This document shows positions 50,560 to 59,392 of a stretch of DNA of 64,000 bases, one piece after another. Made by a program: the position numbers and the translations under genes. The number at the start of each line of letters is the position of its first letter. The stretch's first letter is position 1. The notes under the pieces are model-generated. The model worked only from the letters and a program-made list of their open reading frames with translations, did not search any database and had not been told where the DNA came from. Location: contig JACPDA010000004.1 in NCBI GenBank assembly GCA_016184225.1, positions 474,763 through 538,762 of the forward strand, written 5' to 3'. Source of the stretch: Candidatus Daviesbacteria bacterium. GTDB lineage: Bacteria > Patescibacteriota > Microgenomatia > Daviesbacterales > UBA10151.

Positions 50560-53454
50560 ATGGCCAAATTCAAAACAGTTTCGTCACAAGTTGATTTTCC
50601 AGCTCTTGAGAGAGAATTATTGGGCTATTGGGACAAAGAAGGAATAGTTGAAAAATACCTCAATAAAAACAAATCTGCTGATAAAAAGTTTTCCTTCTTA
50701 GACGGGCCGATTACTGCTAATAACCCGATGGGCGTCCATCATGCCTGGGGCAGGACGTATAAAGACCTCTGGCAGCGATTTTTTAATATGCAGGGATACA
50801 AGCAAAGGTTCCAAAATGGTTTTGATGAGCAAGGGCTTTGGGTAGAAGTGGAAGTTGAGAAAGAGCTTGGTTTAAGAAACAAAAAAGAGATTGAGAATTT
50901 AGTCCCAGGCGATAAATTTAAAAGCTTAGAAAAATTTATTAACCTTTGTAAAGAAAGGGTGAAAAAATACTCCGGTATCCAAACCGAGCAATCAAAAAGA
51001 TTGGGTTACTTTATGGATTGGAATAACTCTTACCACACCTCTTCCGACGAAAACAATTATGCTATCTGGAATTTCCTAAAGGTAGTCGATGAAAAGGGGT
51101 GGCTCTACAAAGGTCATGATAGTGTACCTTGGTGTCCAAGGTGTGGAACAGCCATATCGCAACACGAAATTCTGACTGAAAATTATGATGAAATTATTCA
51201 TGAGTCCGTTTATTTTAAATTGCCTATTAAAGGAAGGAATCAGGAATACTTGGTTGTTTGGACTACAACCCCCTGGACAATCCCCGCTAATGTGGCGGTG
51301 GCAGCTGATCCAAAAGAGGAATATTGGGGCTTACAGGTTGGATCAGAAATACTTTGGGTGATGGGAAAAAGAGCTCAGGCTTTGAGAGAGATTGAGGGAT
51401 TAGGGAGAGCAGAGGGAAAGAGGGTAATAAAGGGTGAGGATCTGATAGGTTTAGAATATGATGCTCCGTTTGATCATTTACCAAGAGTCAATAAAGCTTT
51501 GGGAGAATATATACACAGGGTAGTAGAAAATGACGAGCTTATTTTACCTATAAGCGGTGAAGAGGGGACTGGTTTGGTACATGTAGCTCCCGGAGCGGGA
51601 AGCGAGGATTTTAAACTGGGAGTAAAATTAGGACTTCCGGTAATTGAATTGATTGATGAAGAGGCAAACTATTTAAGCGAAATGGAGGATTTTTCAGGAA
51701 AGAATGCCAAAAAACATCCTGAACTAATAATAGATTTTCTAAAGGGCAGGGACGGTGGGAAATTCCTGTTCACTACAGACAAAATAAAACACCGCTACCC
51801 TATGTGTTGGAGATGTAAGACAGAGTTAGTTTGGAGGGTAGTGGATGAATGGTATATAGCGATGGATCGTGATGATAACTCAGGCAAGACTTACCGTGAA
51901 CAAATGGTTGAGGTAGCAAAGAAGATCAACTGGATGCCAAAGTGGGGACTCGAGAGGGAATTAGATTGGTTAAAAAATATGCATGATTGGTTAATTTCCA
52001 AGAAAAGGTATTGGGGTTTAGCTTTACCAATTTGGGAGTGCCAAAGTTGCGGTAAATTCGAGGTTGTTGGCAGCAAAGAAGAATTAAAGGAAAAGGCGAT
52101 AGAAGGTTGGGACAAGTTTGAAGGCAATTCGCCTCATCGGCCTTGGGTTGATCAGATAAAGATAAAGTGTGCAAAATGCGGTCACATTACATCCAGGGTG
52201 TCTGATGTAGGGAACCCTTGGTTGGATGCCGGTATTGTGCCTTTTTCAACAATGCCAGAAGACTTTTTCCCGGCTGATTTTGTCACAGAGGCATTTCCCG
52301 GCCAATTTAAGAATTGGTTCTATTCGATGATTGCAATGAGTACTGCCCTTAAGAGAACAAATCCACTTAAGAGCTTACTGGGACATGCATCTGTGATGGA
52401 TGAAAAAGGGGAGGAGATGCATAAATCTAAAGGGAATGCCATTGATTTTAATGAAGCTGCCGACAAAATCGGCGTGGATGTAATGAGGTGGCTATATGTC
52501 AGTCAAAATCCCGAGAATAACTTAAATTTTGGCTATAGAGTTACGGATGAGATACGAAGAAGATTTTATTTGATTTTATGGAACAGTTATAAATTTTTTG
52601 TCGATTATGCCCAACTTTCTGATTGGAATCCCGAAACAAGAAGAGAAAATTTGTCTGTTTTAGATAAATGGGTTTTAGCCAGGTTAACAGTGATAACTTT
52701 ACTGGTAAACAATAGATTAGCTAAATATGATGCAGCAGGTTCTGCTAAGGCTTTGGAAGAGTTTGTAGTGGAAGATTTTTCAACATGGTATATCAGAAGG
52801 TCAAGGGATAGAGTAGGTCTTGATGCAAACGAGGCTGACCGTAATGCAGCACTTTCGGTAATGCATGAAGTACTAGTAACCATCAGTAAACTTTTGACTC
52901 CTTTTATGCCATTTATATCAGAGGCAATGTTTAAGAATTTAGTAGGTAAAGAGTCGGTGCATTTAGAGGAATTTCCGAAAGGGGATAGCGCTTTATTGGA
53001 TAAAGGTCTTATTGAAGATATGGTAAGAATCCGGAAAATTGCCGAGGTAGCGCATGCAAAAAGGAAAGAAGCAGGGATTAAACTAAGGCAGCCGTTAGCT
53101 TCTATATTATATAAATTGCCTGAAAGATTGGACGGGCAGTTGGAGGAGATTTTAGCTAAAGAGCTTAATGTAAAGAAGGTTGAATACCAAAAATCCTCAT
53201 TACAAGAGCCGGAAGTTAGCTTGGATACTAAAATTACCCAGGTACTTAAAGAAGAGGGTGAGGCGCGGGATTTAATTAGGCAGATACAACAACTTAGGAA
53301 AGAACAAGGCTTAACTTTGGCTGATAAAACTAAAATTATTGTGCCTTCCTGGCCAAGAACTTTTGAAAAACAGATACTTGCAGGAACAGCCTCTGTTTCA
53401 ATAGAAAAAGGCGAACAGTTTGCGGTGTTCAAGTTAAATGAAAAGTCTAACTAA
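50560..53454 (+). CDS. ileS: Isoleucine--tRNA ligase, type 2
   Basis: DGPITAN, GVHH, WTTTPWT, GTGLVH, DWLISKKRYWG, EMHKS; IleRS2-type C-terminus (GEARDLIRQIQQLRK). Confidence 0.95.
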   Translation: MAKFKTVSSQVDFPALERELLGYWDKEGIVEKYLNKNKSADKKFSFLDGPITANNPMGVHHAWGRTYKDLWQRFFNMQGYKQRFQNGFDEQGLWVEVEVEKELGLRNKKEIENLVPGDKFKSLEKFINLCKERVKKYSGIQTEQSKRLGYFMDWNNSYHTSSDENNYAIWNFLKVVDEKGWLYKGHDSVPWCPRCGTAISQHEILTENYDEIIHESVYFKLPIKGRNQEYLVVWTTTPWTIPANVAVAADPKEEYWGLQVGSEILWVMGKRAQALREIEGLGRAEGKRVIKGEDLIGLEYDAPFDHLPRVNKALGEYIHRVVENDELILPISGEEGTGLVHVAPGAGSEDFKLGVKLGLPVIELIDEEANYLSEMEDFSGKNAKKHPELIIDFLKGRDGGKFLFTTDKIKHRYPMCWRCKTELVWRVVDEWYIAMDRDDNSGKTYREQMVEVAKKINWMPKWGLERELDWLKNMHDWLISKKRYWGLALPIWECQSCGKFEVVGSKEELKEKAIEGWDKFEGNSPHRPWVDQIKIKCAKCGHITSRVSDVGNPWLDAGIVPFSTMPEDFFPADFVTEAFPGQFKNWFYSMIAMSTALKRTNPLKSLLGHASVMDEKGEEMHKSKGNAIDFNEAADKIGVDVMRWLYVSQNPENNLNFGYRVTDEIRRRFYLILWNSYKFFVDYAQLSDWNPETRRENLSVLDKWVLARLTVITLLVNNRLAKYDAAGSAKALEEFVVEDFSTWYIRRSRDRVGLDANEADRNAALSVMHEVLVTISKLLTPFMPFISEAMFKNLVGKESVHLEEFPKGDSALLDKGLIEDMVRIRKIAEVAHAKRKEAGIKLRQPLASILYKLPERLDGQLEEILAKELNVKKVEYQKSSLQEPEVSLDTKITQVLKEEGEARDLIRQIQQLRKEQGLTLADKTKIIVPSWPRTFEKQILAGTASVSIEKGEQFAVFKLNEKSN

Positions 53455-54523
53455 TTTTAACTTCCCAATCAGCCTGGCCAGCTTTTTACTGGTGTCTATC
53501 GGTATACTGGTGATTTTTTCTTCTTCAAAGGAATTAGCGATCCAGCAATCGGTATTTACGGTAATTGGCCTGGTATTTTTTTTCTTTGTCTCACAGATTG
53601 AACTTTCGTCAATTAAAAATTTGATTAAACCAATGTATATTTTTATTTTTATATTGCTTATGGCTGTCTTGGTCTTAGGGTTTGAAACAAGAGGGTCGCT
53701 TCGTTGGATCCCCCTGGGGGTTTTTAATGTCCAGCCTTCTGAATTTGCCAAGCCGATTTTAATATTATTTTTGGCCAGATTTTGGTCGGGCAGGCTGCCC
53801 TCCTGGCAGAATATCTTTAAAAGCTTGCTTTACTCCGCTCCTTTTATTTTGCTAATTTTTAAACAGCCTGATCTTGGTTCGGCACTTACCATAGTTTCTA
53901 TTTGGCTGGGAATGTTATTTGCGGCTCAAGTATCGGTTAAAAAACTGCTTATACTGGCTTTAGTATTCACATTGATAATCCCTATTGGCTGGTCATTTTT
54001 GCATGATTATCAAAAGGAACGTATTACGAGCTTTTTGACACCGGGATCTGATCCTTTAGGGAAGGGTTATAACTTAATACAATCGACAATTGCCGTGGGA
54101 TCAGGAGAATTTTTAGGAAGAGGATTAGGAAGGGGTACCCAGTCAAGGCTACAATTCTTACCGGAATTTAGAACGGATTTTATATTTGCTTCCATTGCGG
54201 AAGAAATGGGATTTGTGGGTTCAGTGTTAATTTTGTCACTATATCTATTTTTATTGGCTTATTTTTTACGAGTTGCCCAAAGAGTAAATAACTCATTTAA
54301 CCTGTTGGTTACAGTGGGGGTATTATCAATGTTTCTATTCCAGGTTGTAGTTAATATTGGAATGAATGTGGGGCTTTTGCCGATAACCGGTATTACTCTA
54401 CCACTCATTTCATATGGGGGAAGTTCTTTGATAGCTACCTTTTTATCTTTGGGGATGGTGGCATCTTGCGCAGGAAATAAAAAAGGTATAAAATCCACTC
54501 ATGCTAAATTATACAATTTGTGA
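53438..54523 (+). CDS. rodA: SEDS protein RodA
   Basis: QPSEFAK, QPDLGSA, DYQKERI, GYNLIQS, FLPEFRTDFIF. Confidence 0.9.
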   Translation: MKSLTNFNFPISLASFLLVSIGILVIFSSSKELAIQQSVFTVIGLVFFFFVSQIELSSIKNLIKPMYIFIFILLMAVLVLGFETRGSLRWIPLGVFNVQPSEFAKPILILFLARFWSGRLPSWQNIFKSLLYSAPFILLIFKQPDLGSALTIVSIWLGMLFAAQVSVKKLLILALVFTLIIPIGWSFLHDYQKERITSFLTPGSDPLGKGYNLIQSTIAVGSGEFLGRGLGRGTQSRLQFLPEFRTDFIFASIAEEMGFVGSVLILSLYLFLLAYFLRVAQRVNNSFNLLVTVGVLSMFLFQVVVNIGMNVGLLPITGITLPLISYGGSSLIATFLSLGMVASCAGNKKGIKSTHAKLYNL

Positions 54524-54809
54524 AATTTCCGGAAAACAATATAAAGTAATTCCGGGCCAGGTTTTGGAGATTGCTTTGCAGGAAGGGACTGATCCAGAGA
54601 TTGAGGCTAATGTTTTACTTTTGTCAGAAGACGGTAAACTAAAGATTGGTAAGCCTTACTTAAAGGAAAAACTGGCTTTAAAGCGTGTTGAAGATAGTAA
54701 GCTCAAAAAAATTAGGATTAGCAAATTCCATGCTAAGGCAAATTATAGAAGGACAACCGGTTTTAGAGCTAAGATTACTAAAGTTGTTTTGCCCGTGAAA
54801 AAAGCTTGA
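54501..54809 (+). CDS. rplU: 50S ribosomal protein L21
   Basis: SGKQYKV, IGKPY, YRRTTGFR; lies upstream of rpmA. Confidence 0.93.
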   Translation: MLNYTICEISGKQYKVIPGQVLEIALQEGTDPEIEANVLLLSEDGKLKIGKPYLKEKLALKRVEDSKLKKIRISKFHAKANYRRTTGFRAKITKVVLPVKKA

Positions 54810-54834
54810 CAATCCTTTTCACGCAGTGTATCTT
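54806..54834 (+). promoter_or_regulatory. Putative sigma70 promoter for rpmA
   Basis: TTGACA-17 nt-TATCTT with TG extension. Confidence 0.55.
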
Positions 54835-54860
54835 ACTATCAAATGAGCGGACACATGAAG

Positions 54861-54893
54861 GAGATCCTTCGTCGCTTCGCTCCTCAGGATGAC
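54861..54893. repeat. REP-like element GAGATCCTTCGTCGCTTCGCTCCTCAGGATGAC in the rpmA leader
   Basis: ATCCT..AGGAT stem; related to copies at 10411-10464, 18637 and 49306. Confidence 0.65.
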
Positions 54894-54904
54894 AGGGGGT
54901 TTGT

Positions 54905-55150
54905 ATGGCACATAAAACAGGTGGAGGAAGTACCAGGAAAAATAAAGATTCTATTTCCAAGAGATTGGGGGTTAAGCTTTATGGTGGAGAAAAAGCTAGA
55001 GCCGGAAATATCATTGTCCGTCAAAAAGGCAACAAGTTTTATCCGGGAATAGGTACCAAGCAGGGTAACGATTATACAATTTTTGCCATCACTTCCGGCA
55101 AGGTGGAATTTAAGAAAAGATTAAATAAAACCACTGTTAAAATTGTTTAA
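54905..55150 (+). CDS. rpmA: 50S ribosomal protein L27
   Basis: [27 protein letters not shown]. Confidence 0.97.
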   Translation: MAHKTGGGSTRKNKDSISKRLGVKLYGGEKARAGNIIVRQKGNKFYPGIGTKQGNDYTIFAITSGKVEFKKRLNKTTVKIV

Positions 55151-55155
55151 AAGAT

Positions 55156-56004
55156 ATGGATGAACAAATTTATGAGCTCGAGATAGATCTTCTAGAACCC
55201 AACCCTTTACAGCCAAGGGGGTTAATTGCGCCGGAATCCTTATCAGAACTCGCAGAATCAATAAGGTCTCATGGAGTTTTGGAACCTTTGGTTGTTGCAA
55301 AAACTCCCGCCGGCTATCAAATTATAGCCGGAGAACGAAGGTGGAGAGCTTCCAAATTAATTGGTTTGCCTAAAGTTCCGGTAATCATTAGAGAAACCAG
55401 CCCGCAAGGAATGCTGGAAATGGCTATAGTTGAAAATGTCCAAAGGATAGATTTAAATCCTCTGGAGAGGGCACAGGCGTATAGAAGGCTGATGGATGAA
55501 TTTGGTATGACTAACCAAGAGATCGCTGAACGTGTATCAAAAAGTCCGTCTTATATTTCCAATACAATCAGGCTCCTGATCTTGCCGGATGCGCTAAAAG
55601 ATGCTCTTATGTCCGCAGCTACAACAGAAGGCCATGCCCGAGCCTTAGCTGCATTGGAAGATCCCCATTTAATTATTACTTTATATAAAGAAGTTCTCAA
55701 AAGAAATCTTTCCGTTAGAGGTACAGAGGAGTTAGTTCGCAGGATGAGGGCAAATATGGGGATGGGTCCTAAAAAACAAGCAGATGTTCCCTCGATGCGC
55801 ATTGTTTCCGAAGATATTGATAAAATTCAGGCAGACATCGCTGACACTTTAGCGCAGAGGACAGATAAGGCACAAGTTAAGTGCCAGCTGACTGGTAAAA
55901 GAGCTAAGATGGAACTTATTATCAATGGCGATCCGAGTAAAACAACCTCAGTTTTAGAAGATTTGCACCAGGCAATTGTGGGTTATTTTAAACTTAAAGG
56001 GTAA
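55156..56004 (+). CDS. parB: ParB/Spo0J partition protein
   Basis: PNPLQPR, IIAGERRWRAS, ENVQRIDLNPLE, HTH, GHARAL. Confidence 0.93.
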   Translation: MDEQIYELEIDLLEPNPLQPRGLIAPESLSELAESIRSHGVLEPLVVAKTPAGYQIIAGERRWRASKLIGLPKVPVIIRETSPQGMLEMAIVENVQRIDLNPLERAQAYRRLMDEFGMTNQEIAERVSKSPSYISNTIRLLILPDALKDALMSAATTEGHARALAALEDPHLIITLYKEVLKRNLSVRGTEELVRRMRANMGMGPKKQADVPSMRIVSEDIDKIQADIADTLAQRTDKAQVKCQLTGKRAKMELIINGDPSKTTSVLEDLHQAIVGYFKLKG

Positions 56005-56005
56005 T

Positions 56006-56593
56006 TTACTTATCCAAAAGTAAACCCATGCTTTGTGGAGGGAAGTAGCGGAAAAGCGCCCTGCCGATAATTTCTTTTTTAGTGACCGGCCCCCATTCTC
56101 TTGAATCGGATGAATGTTCCCTATTATCCCCTATTACAAAATATTGATTATTTGCAACTTTAACAGGAGTTCCTTCTGTCAGGAAAGCACCTGCCGGAGT
56201 TAGAGTTCCCGGAGGTAAGTAACTTTCTTTCAAGGATTGGTTATTAAGGTACACGCTATTATTTGAAATTTCTATGGTATCTCCCGGTATAGCTATAATC
56301 CTTTTAATAAAATCCTGGGATTCATCCCGGGGGTTTTTCAATACTATAATTTCTCCTCTTTCAGGTTCTCTAAACCTGTAGCTTAATTTATCTGTAATAA
56401 GATAATCCCCGGTATGGAAGGTGGGAACCATTGAATTACCTTGGACTTTATGGAACTGGGCAACAAATAGGTAAATGGCGGCAAAGATTGCCCCGAATAC
56501 AACTACCGTTTCTATAAATTCAACAAGATATCCTCCTAAACGGCCGAAAAAACTTTTTTGAGGGCTGTCCGCATAATATGTATTTGAATCCAT
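56006..56593 (-). CDS. lepB: Signal peptidase I
   Basis: GNSMVPT, FIKRIIAIPGD, GDNREHSSDSR. Confidence 0.95.
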   Translation of the reverse strand: MDSNTYYADSPQKSFFGRLGGYLVEFIETVVVFGAIFAAIYLFVAQFHKVQGNSMVPTFHTGDYLITDKLSYRFREPERGEIIVLKNPRDESQDFIKRIIAIPGDTIEISNNSVYLNNQSLKESYLPPGTLTPAGAFLTEGTPVKVANNQYFVIGDNREHSSDSREWGPVTKKEIIGRALFRYFPPQSMGLLLDK

Positions 56594-56620
56594 ATTTTAA
56601 GATTATCTCAGAAACTTAGG

Positions 56621-56649
56621 TTGTGAAGCAAGAGTGGGAATGCTAAAAT
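56621..56649 (+). promoter_or_regulatory. Promoter for tRNA-Val
   Basis: TTGTGA-17 nt-TAAAAT with TG extension. Confidence 0.55.
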
Positions 56650-56663
56650 TACAAGGTTGGTGG

Positions 56664-56737
56664 GGATCCGTAGCTCAGTTGGTTAGAGCGCTTCGTTCAC
56701 ATCGAAGAGGTCAGAAGTTCGAGTCTTCTCGGGTCCA
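56664..56737 (+). tRNA. tRNA-Val(CAC); CCA not encoded
   Basis: Acceptor stem GGATCCG/CGGGTCC, D arm TAGCTCAGTTGGTTAGAGC, anticodon arm CTTCG-TTCACAT-CGAAG, T arm AGAAG-TTCGAGT-CTTCT. Confidence 0.97.
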
Positions 56738-56739
56738 CT

Positions 56740-56905
56740 TTTAGGGATTCTCCGGAATCCTGCGTAGGCCTGCTCTGCCCGCCTAGCCGCGAGGCTGGCA
56801 AAGCCCTGATTGTACTCCACAATTTTGAACTTTTCTTCGAAAAGTTCGTTTTTCTTTTTCTTGTAAGTTTCAGAATCTGTAACTTGGTCTAAGTAACCAT
56901 CCAAG
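56740..56905 (-). pseudogene. Remnant of a large serine recombinase C-terminal coiled coil next to the tRNA 3' end
   Basis: LDGYLDQVTDSETYKKKKNELFEEKFKI resembles the coiled-coil hairpin of large serine recombinases; no catalytic domain; points toward the tRNA. Confidence 0.55.
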
Positions 56906-56963
56906 CATATAAATCTGAACATTAATCTTAACTGAAATAAGTTGTGGTATAGTTCAGTAACAG

Positions 56964-57557
56964 ATGGCTATAGTTATTTCAGCAGATGAGATTAAAAAGG
57001 AATTGAAAGGTTACACTCCTAACCTTGCAGAAAAGTTTCATGCTGAATCTGCAAAAATGGCTGATCAAGAATTCGAAAAAGAAATTAAGAATACCTCGTA
57101 TAAAGAGATAATTTTAGTCTGCGGCGGATCGGCTTCTGGAAAAAGTGAGTTTTTAGCTACCCAACTAGCTGATAGGGAGAGCGTAATTTTCGATGGTACC
57201 TTATCCTCAACAAAAAGAGCAGAAAGAAAACTTAAAAAAATTATTAAAGAGAGTAAAACGCCGATAATTTACGCAGTAATACCGGATGATTTAAAAAGAG
57301 CTTTCATTGCATTCTTAAGGAGAGATAGAAAATTTAGAGATACTCATTTTTACAGAACACATTCCAGTTCAAGGAAAACATTGCTTTGGATCGCCTTAAA
57401 TTATCCGAAAGTGGAAATAAATATTGTAGAGAGTTCCTACACAAGTTCCAAAGGACTTCAATTTATCAGGATAAAGCTTGATAACAGGCAAAAGCTAATT
57501 GAGTATTTGATTGGTTTGCAAATGACAGAAGATGATATAATTAAGCAAACAATATAA
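56964..57557 (+). CDS. Zeta-toxin-like P-loop kinase with permuted motif order
   Basis: Walker A CGGSASGKS; ISADEIKKEL..HAES block; IFDGT; RDRK..FYRTH. Confidence 0.6.
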   Translation: MAIVISADEIKKELKGYTPNLAEKFHAESAKMADQEFEKEIKNTSYKEIILVCGGSASGKSEFLATQLADRESVIFDGTLSSTKRAERKLKKIIKESKTPIIYAVIPDDLKRAFIAFLRRDRKFRDTHFYRTHSSSRKTLLWIALNYPKVEINIVESSYTSSKGLQFIRIKLDNRQKLIEYLIGLQMTEDDIIKQTI

Positions 57558-57572
57558 ACATAAACCCCAATT

Positions 57573-57875
57573 ATGAAAAAAATATTCTATAAAACAAATC
57601 AGAATGATCCTCAGGTAAGAGCATATAAAGAAGCGGTTGAGAGAGGCAGACAAGATCACCATGTTGTATATAAGGATGATTCGTGGAGAGTAATTCGCGG
57701 TGATGCACAAAGACCACTAGAAACATTCAGCACACAAGAAGAAGCTATAAAACGAGCCAAATTAATTGCTAGAAGTCAAGGTACAGCAGTATATATACAT
57801 GGAGTTGATGGAAGAATTAGAGAAAGAGAAAGTTATGGAAATGATCCATTTCCTCCAAGAAACGTAACTCATTAA
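57573..57875 (+). CDS. DUF2188 family protein
   Basis: HVV..W.V..TQEEAI..A..IA..IHGVDGRIRERESYGNDP. Confidence 0.85.
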   Translation: MKKIFYKTNQNDPQVRAYKEAVERGRQDHHVVYKDDSWRVIRGDAQRPLETFSTQEEAIKRAKLIARSQGTAVYIHGVDGRIRERESYGNDPFPPRNVTH

Positions 57876-57900
57876 GGTTTATTATTGTAAACCTGAAAGG

Positions 57901-57927
57901 AGAAAACCGCGGACTTTCAGTCCGCGG
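57901..57927. terminator. Strong hairpin CCGCGGACT-TTC-AGTCCGCGG between convergent genes
   Basis: Perfect 9-bp stem with a T-tract on the minus strand. Confidence 0.55.
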
Positions 57928-58010
57928 AAGTCTATAAAAATCGCGCGCATTGTGCTTTCTGCCTTTTCAAAAAATAAAGACGTGGCCGAGGGCCAATAGA
58001 GCGAGGTTGT

Positions 58011-58030
58011 CCTGCCTGCCGGCAAGGCAG
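58011..58030. repeat. Short palindrome CCTGCCTGCCGGCAAGGCAG
   Basis: Near-perfect GC-rich inverted repeat in AT-rich DNA. Confidence 0.55.
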
Positions 58031-58150
58031 TGATTACAGGTTTAGGTAGAAAACAGATAGAGCTGGACGCGAGCGACGCCTACATCGATTGAAATTTCGT
58101 TCGGATTTGTCGATATAGGTCCACAGATTGGGATTTTGGATAGTTAAGGC

Positions 58151-58681
58151 TCAAAATTGTGGTAATTGCCTTTGGTGGGCAATCTGTTTCAGGGCTTTCT
58201 TTGTGTATGTGTTTAGTCCATAGACCCCGGAGAGTAGATTGATTGCTGAATCAACAAATGCTGGTAGCCAATTAACTCCGGTGCCGAGTCTCTCCTCCAG
58301 ATTTAAAGACTCTGCTCTCATCATCCTCACAACATCCAGTGAAGTAATTCTTGATCTCCTGGCTATACCGAAGGCTTTTTCTAATGATCCCTCTGCCTCC
58401 GCTTTATTCATTTGAGCTCCTGGAAATTCTACATTATGGCCAAATGTCTCGGCCAATACTACGGATTGGTCTTGTCTCCAACCTTCTGCAGCTTTATTGA
58501 AAGCTATCAACCCTGTTCTTTCCCACCACTGCCTGGTTGGAGCGGGTACTTTTACTTGTACTTGTTCTCCTGCAGGTTTTCTAGACCTCCTCGGCCGCAG
58601 AGTCTGTTTACCAGTGTCTAAGTTTGTCACCAGTTCCATACCCATACCTTCAAATGATCCCTGACCCTCTTTTCCTACCAT
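58151..58681 (-). CDS. Hypothetical protein, 176 aa
   Basis: Long ORF with TATAAT 6 nt before the ATG; no recognised motif. Confidence 0.65.
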   Translation of the reverse strand: MVGKEGQGSFEGMGMELVTNLDTGKQTLRPRRSRKPAGEQVQVKVPAPTRQWWERTGLIAFNKAAEGWRQDQSVVLAETFGHNVEFPGAQMNKAEAEGSLEKAFGIARRSRITSLDVVRMMRAESLNLEERLGTGVNWLPAFVDSAINLLSGVYGLNTYTKKALKQIAHQRQLPQF

Positions 58682-58918
58682 ATGCTAATTATACCTTATT
58701 TTATCTTCTCTGATCAAGAAACATTATTTAAATCATTTGCCACACCATATATTTAACATTATCCCTAGGTTTGAAGCTATCCAACCCCTGGGGTTGGAAT
58801 TTGTTTTGGTGTCCTATCTAAGCCACCTCCCAGGTGGGATTGGGGTTACGTAATTTATAAAATCTTTTGTTCTGTTTGGACTGTAGTATCTAGACATAAT
58901 TAATTTTCTTTATAAATA

Positions 58919-59392
58919 TTATCTTTTCTTCTTTTTAGATACCCTTTTCTTTGTCTTTGTAGTTTTTGAAGTAGGCTGTGGAGAAGTATCAGCTATAGGT
59001 GCTTGCGTACCTTCAATAAAAGCTTGATCAATATCATATTCTGTTATGCCTTTAAACCCATTCTTTTGACATAAGTTATAAATTAATCCAACAATTTTTC
59101 TTTTTATATTTGCCGGGGATTGATTTGGATCATTTATTTGTTCATATAAGTTACTAATCTGTTTGCGGGTTTCTTTATCTTTATGAAAAGTTATTGAAAC
59201 TTTATTAAGTGATCTCCTAAACTCAGATGAAGCATAATCTCCACGAAAAGTCATTAAATCTCTTATAGCTTCATTTTTAGTCCTTTTTTCAAAATCTCTT
59301 TTACCAACAAACCATATTACAAGTCCCGCGACTAACGGGCCAACTAATCCTTGTATTAAAATACCTATAAAATTATTATCCCAACCATTCAT
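58919..59392 (-). CDS. DUF6680-like membrane-anchored protein
   Basis: GPLVAG TM, DLMTFR, SLNKVSITF, LIYNLCQKNGF; Lys-rich tail. Confidence 0.6.
   Translation of the reverse strand: MNGWDNNFIGILIQGLVGPLVAGLVIWFVGKRDFEKRTKNEAIRDLMTFRGDYASSEFRRSLNKVSITFHKDKETRKQISNLYEQINDPNQSPANIKRKIVGLIYNLCQKNGFKGITEYDIDQAFIEGTQAPIADTSPQPTSKTTKTKKRVSKKKKR

Noticed and set aside
54843-55052. 69-aa ORF overlapping rpmA
   Set aside because: Runs through a REP-like element and out of frame across rpmA
471-55802. Many 60-275 aa alternative-frame and antisense ORFs (e.g. 52605..53432, 46073..46597, 29919..30404)
   Set aside because: They lie within well-supported genes and have no motifs; shadow ORFs
55156-56004. 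parABS locus or plasmid origin
   Set aside because: No parA adjacent and no parS palindrome noticed; chromosomal housekeeping context
56683-56922. 79-aa ORF as a functional gene
   Set aside because: Its 3' part is antisense to tRNA-Val; better explained as a recombinase remnant
57907-57927. IS200/IS605 end hairpin
   Set aside because: Shape is compatible, but there is no tnpA/tnpB nearby; a terminator is the simpler reading
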